Origin: Octopus sinensis
Lineage: Eukaryota
Length of the DNA stretch: 35,035 nucleotides
Direction of reading: 5' to 3'
Assembly: GCF_006345805.1 (NCBI RefSeq)
Contig: NW_021829617.1
Span: 1 to 35,035, forward strand
The translations under genes were made by a program, and so were the position numbers. Of the stretch, positions 30,351 to 35,035 are shown one piece after another. Position 1 is the first letter of the stretch; each line of letters opens with the position of its first letter. The notes below the pieces were generated by a model, which saw nothing but the letters and a program-made list of their open reading frames with translations, searched no databases and was not told where the DNA came from.

Positions 30351-31189
30351 TATAAAAATAAGTTAATGAATTGTGAATAATTATAGCATAAATTATCGAA
30401 TTCATGATTCTTCTAGTTTCTAAACCTACATTAACCAATTGTTAAATGTCTAAAGGCAATTATATGTTTTTTATAAAATTTAAAATGTTCGTAGCACTCT
30501 TCAAGAGTGCATTTATCAACCAGACTTAACTGTTTATTCAAATTTAATAAAACTTAAAATAAAAAAACGTTTTTTGTTGAAAGGCCCAATTTTCAAATTT
30601 TCCCATCACTTGAAAAACTATTGATAATTGTCAATATATTTTTGTAGAGACTGTTATAGGTCCTTGATGTATATCATGAATGATACTTTTCATTATTAAA
30701 TTAATTTTTACAACAGATGGCTCCATAGCTGCTAGGAATCGCAATATTTCATTTGTTTGGCACTCTCGACTGTTCTTTGCTTTCGCTCCGCCCCTTCTGG
30801 CAGATTCATGGGCCGGGATACAGCGTCTGTATCCTTGACAAATTCCTCTGATGTCTCACGTGGTGGCTGCTTCCTTCACTTAGTCGTTCATTGATTGCAT
30901 AATTCGCCGTTGTAGGTAAGAGCTTGTACTCTGGGCCCATTCTCTCCAGTGTTTTTTAATCACGATTGTCTGAACATAAGCACGTGTTGAGTCTTGGATT
31001 TAGGGGTTTTGGTAGTGCTTGTAAAATTTGGATGTTATTCCATCTCATGTAAAAACTAGTAGTACGACGTTACATTTACATTGTGGACTAACTTCAATTC
31101 GCTTGCCAAAAGTTCGTATTTATGTAATTTCTCAACTTCCATATGCTTCAAAGATTGTTTAGAGTAATCCCAACTTCGATGAGCGTAAT

Positions 31190-31650
31190 GATATTCCAAA
31201 CTTTGTCGTAGACAAAATGTCCGATTTATTATTATTGACTTTAGTATCAGTCGTGATCGTCGTGTCCACCCGTATTTCGAACAAATGAGTTAAATCTTCA
31301 TTTAATACCTGAAACTTCCATAATTTTATTTTCGAAATAAAAAACTTAATATCATCTGACAACTGAGTTATGAGCTTGTTTTTGTTTTGCAATTCCAAAT
31401 TAAGGTCGTTCAAATGTGTAGTAATATAAACTGCAAAGGCCAAATCTTAGATCAAGATTCACTTTTCATCTCGTCTGTGTTTCATTTCCATAAATAAAAT
31501 TATTTCCTGTCTTAAGATATAATCTTTTGACAACTTTGTGAATCGATAATTAACGTACTGAAGAATAAAAAGAAAGGTCGCTGACCTGATTATCCATATC
31601 TACCAACAGTTTGCTGAATTGGCGGTGGTTGATTGCATTACCTCTGTCAC
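31190..31650 (-). pseudogene. GTF2IRD2/SPIN-type hAT transposase fragment
   Basis: NHRQFSKLL...SVR*LS...AFAVYITTHLNDLNLELQNKNKLI...KIKLWK. Confidence 0.8.
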
Positions 31651-32081
31651 GCCCACGATGGCGACCAAGGCAACCTTCATTGTTGACAGGATTGACAAGA
31701 TGACCTACATAGTTTGACATTAGCTCCTGGAACGTCTGTCGATTGCTGTGATCCGAGAGAACGGCTTTGCCATTCGCGAGGGTGGCCGGGTGTCTCGTGA
31801 GGCCATTAATTAGTTTAGCTATCTTTTTACTTACCTATATATCGGTCTTAAAAAAAGTTTGACATTAATAACCGATTAAAGATAATTGCTAAAAATTTAA
31901 AAACTTAATTTTTTAACTCTATTCATAGTAGCCATCTTTGTTTTATTTTTAATTCGATCTTAATGTTAGGAAATATAACTTACCAGTATCCTTGACCGAC
32001 CCTTGTTGCTTCGTCCCCCTGACTTTCAAAACCAGTGGGATAATTGGACATCCTTTAATATAGTATATTGTTTTCGTGACT

Positions 32082-32178
32082 CTACTAATAGTATTTTCTA
32101 TTTTTAACATCTTTGAGCACAAATTTACCGACCCTACTAATAGTATTTTCTATTTTTAACATCTTTGAGCACAAATTT
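32082..32178. repeat. Two exact 45-bp direct repeats separated by 7 nt
   Basis: ctactaatagtattttctatttttaacatctttgagcacaaattt at 32082-32126 and 32134-32178. Confidence 0.9.
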
Positions 32179-32569
32179 TTCTGATGAATAAAACAATGAA
32201 AATGTAAAAAAATAATTAAAATTAAAAATATTTTATATTTTAAAAACTTGCGGATCGCATCTATACATGCAGAGGGTCGCATGTTTTACATAGAGATAAA
32301 ATTCGCTACTCTGAATAGTATGATTGGAAAAAAAGAAACTAACTAAACATATAAGAAAGAAGAGACATTAGAATTACATTTACGAAAAAATACAAATTTC
32401 AAAAAACTTGTCAATCTTCAACAAAAACAAGAATCTGGTCTTACCGTTGCTTTATGGGGTCCACCATGTCAGTTGGAACTTCCGGTACTTTTCTATATAA
32501 CTCGCTGCGGGAGGTATGTGCTGCATATTTAGCAAATCGTCCGAACACACTGATTGGTATTATATTACA

Positions 32570-32800
32570 TTATTAGATTGCATAGGTGGAATTGAAAATG
32601 TCGTAGAAGTTGACGAAAGTATGTTTTCGAAAAGAAAAAATAATGCAGGACGGATTCTCCCTCAACAATGGGTGTTTGGGGAATCTGTCGTGGAACAAAA
32701 GACTGTTTCCTGGAGATGGTACCAGATCGCGCCAAAAGAACGTTAACCGCAGCGATACAGCGAAATATCGCACAGTGATACACTCTGACAAATGGAAGGG
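32570..32800 (+). pseudogene. Merlin (IS1595/ISXO2-like) DDE transposase fragment
   Basis: IGGIENVVEVDESMFSKRKNNAGRILPQQWVFG, then in shifted frames CFLEMVPDR and VIHSDKWKG. These match the VExDES...WVFG...SDxW motifs. Confidence 0.85.
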
Positions 32801-33229
32801 TCTCAGTCCATCATGCGGGCAGGATCGAACCTTTCAGAAGCATCTCCCTCGCTTGAATCGGGGATCACGGGGATTATAATTAACTGGCTTACCTGGTCTT
32901 TTGGTCAATAAATAAATAATCAAATGACAGGGCAATATAAAAATTGGAGGGCCAAAAATAATTCCAAAGGAACAATACAAAAATAAAGGTTGAGAACGAC
33001 TGATATAGACAACGCCACATGTTAAGACATGAGAAAATGACACAAATATTAACATTCTTTCTTGTAATACTAATATTCATTCCTGTACTTAATTAAGTTC
33101 ATTCATATTATTATCTTCCTTGTCCGTTCGATTAAGTATTTTGCAATCCATTCTTTTGCCTCAGGTTCTATCCAAACCTTCCTTTAAGTGTGTGACTATC
33201 TGATCTCCAATTATCTGATTCAGTTTTTG

Positions 33230-33470
33230 TGCTTTGAGGATGATGGTGATGAATTCAAACGGTCGATAAACAAAATAAACCTTCGTCAGGTATTTCTGCT
33301 AATTTCTAAAAGCTGGGAAAAACTTGATCCAAGTTTAATATTTAATTGTTGGAATCAAAATGAAAATATTCATGATTCCGTAAGAATTGAAGAATTAATC
33401 AAAAATGCCGTAAACGAAACATTGAATGGGGAAAATGACGAATTCGTCGATAATACAAATGTCCCGTCCA
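33230..33470 (+). pseudogene. pogo/Tigger transposase fragment
   Basis: KINLRQVFLLISKSWEKLDPSLIFNCW followed by an acidic region. Confidence 0.65.
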
Positions 33471-34060
33471 AATATTAGAAATTGTCGGGCTGCAGAGAAA
33501 ACAGAGACAATTAATGTGCTTACGAATAGGCCTCTAAGATTTGTATCACCTCCTCTACACATGTAAAATGGGAGACTTTCTTGGTGGGGTCGACTATTTC
33601 CGTCTTGTAGCAGAGATGGTCGTCGACTGTCTTGTAGTATTACACCCTAATCTCGAGTGAGTGAGATTGGTGGGGCAGTCCAACACTTGCTCACAATACT
33701 GCAAACTTCTTCCCCTCCTTCTCAATCATTTCATTTATCAGACATCTCGTCAATCGATTTCAGCAGTCGGTGCGACGTAGGTGGCATCCAATCAGTATTT
33801 TGTAGGTAATTGAAACCAGGCATTTCTCCTCTTGCTCAATTCTCTACAATTCCTTTGTTAATCATCGTGACTGCTTCCGAAACAGAAACCACTGTATTTA
33901 TAATGAAGGTTTAGAAAACGATAACATGGAAACAATACTAAAAGAAACGCAAGCGGACTGTAAGGTGGAAAATGATAACTCTGTGTTTAAACTTTGAGAG
34001 GGAGTTATCGGTTAGAACAGACACCAATAAAAAAACTCTTTTAATATGTCACGGTCGGTA

Positions 34061-35035
34061 CGTGAGCCTGGGCGACAGGAGTGTTGGACGAAACGGACTA
34101 TTCAGTATTTTAAGAAGAACTTTTTACATTGCACTAGAGACCAAATTTCAGCAATCATTCGTTGTTTTTCAAAAAAAACAATGGCTACTCGCGCGATAAA
34201 TATATTCTTCAAAAAATGATGGTATTCTGGTAAGAATCAATAAATTAATGAATAGATTCTTGTAGTGATTTACTCATTCTCCAAATTTGGAATTGTTGAT
34301 ATTGCAAAGACAAAAAATGAAGAAGAGATTACTGAATTGTTTCGGAAAATTTTTATGGATATCAAACACCACAACAATTCTGCATACCGACAATGGTAGA
34401 GAATTGAAAAATTCTAAAATGCATGCGATGTGCCTCGAGTTGGGCACTAAACAGATATTTGGTAGACCTCGTGCCTTGGATACAAGGTCAAGTTGAAAGG
34501 TAGATACAAGGTAATTTAACATTAAGATTCAATCAATCAATAAAAAAAGTGGATTTCGTCAACAAATGCTTCAGTCTGTATAAACAAAAAAAACTACAAA
34601 ATATGAAAATAACAATAAATATTAAAAATATCAAAAAGATGTGAAAAGGAATACATATGAATGGAGATTAATTAATGATGAAAATAAATACAAATTCACT
34701 GCAAATAAACTTTATGCAGAATATTTTACAAGTAGTCAAGTTAATCAATCTTCAAACAAATAAAAAACGGAAAAAATAATATAAAAATAAAAACATTTAT
34801 AGCACGAAATAATGAAATAAGAATTAAAAACAAAAGCACAACAAAAGAAAGTAATATAACACGTGTAATAATTTATTGTATTAATTAAATAAATTAAAAC
34901 ATTTAAAAAATAAAAAAACTTTTAAAAATAACTGTAGATCCTTAAGTCCCCGGTTCGAATCCGGGTCGCGGTACTTTTATTTTACATCGTCGGTATAATT
35001 AAATTACATTTTTGTTTGTTTTTTTATTTAACCAA
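34061..35035. repeat. Terminal direct repeat, copy 2, including the integrase fragment, the tRNA-Tyr half (34931-34973) and the CRE poly(A) tail
   Basis: Collinear with 1-1004 and runs to the window end inside the CRE 3' UTR. Confidence 0.97.

Noticed and set aside
30720-30860. Histone H4-like ARRGG peptide on the minus strand
   Set aside because: The rest does not align with H4, and the homologous copy at 1.9 kb conserves a different frame.
32082-32178. CRISPR-like array
   Set aside because: Only two repeats with a 7-nt spacer, in a eukaryotic context with no cas genes; a simple local duplication.

Overview
AT-rich eukaryotic nuclear DNA, not prokaryotic. Host genes are metazoan-like, very diverged and split by 22-36 nt introns; a reduced parasite such as a myxozoan or dicyemid is a guess, not a determination. 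Host genes: MRPL37 (11.9-13.3 kb), a small GLTSCR1/BICRA-domain gene, a secreted stand-alone cathepsin-propeptide (I29) inhibitor, CCT8, BTAF1/Mot1 and one unidentified gene. They lie among remnants of hAT (Buster and SPIN/GTF2IRD2 types), pogo/Tigger, Merlin, LINE and integrase elements. The main result is a 5.8-kb composite insertion (about 5050-10876). It joins an intact CRE-clade non-LTR retrotransposon (PHD finger, RT, restriction-like endonuclease, A18 tail) head-to-head with a rhabdovirus-like segment: an intact 582-aa nucleoprotein gene and a truncated second, probably P, gene. One 12-bp direct repeat (TTTCCTGAAATT) brackets the whole unit, and removing it restores an in-frame pogo transposase remnant. 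The orientation is what would result if the retrotransposon RT jumped from the 5' end of its own RNA onto the 3' end of a negative-strand viral genomic RNA. The first ~1 kb of the window recurs at the end, and homopolymer frameshifts in conserved genes suggest an unpolished long-read assembly. All homology calls come from motif recognition by eye; no searches were run.
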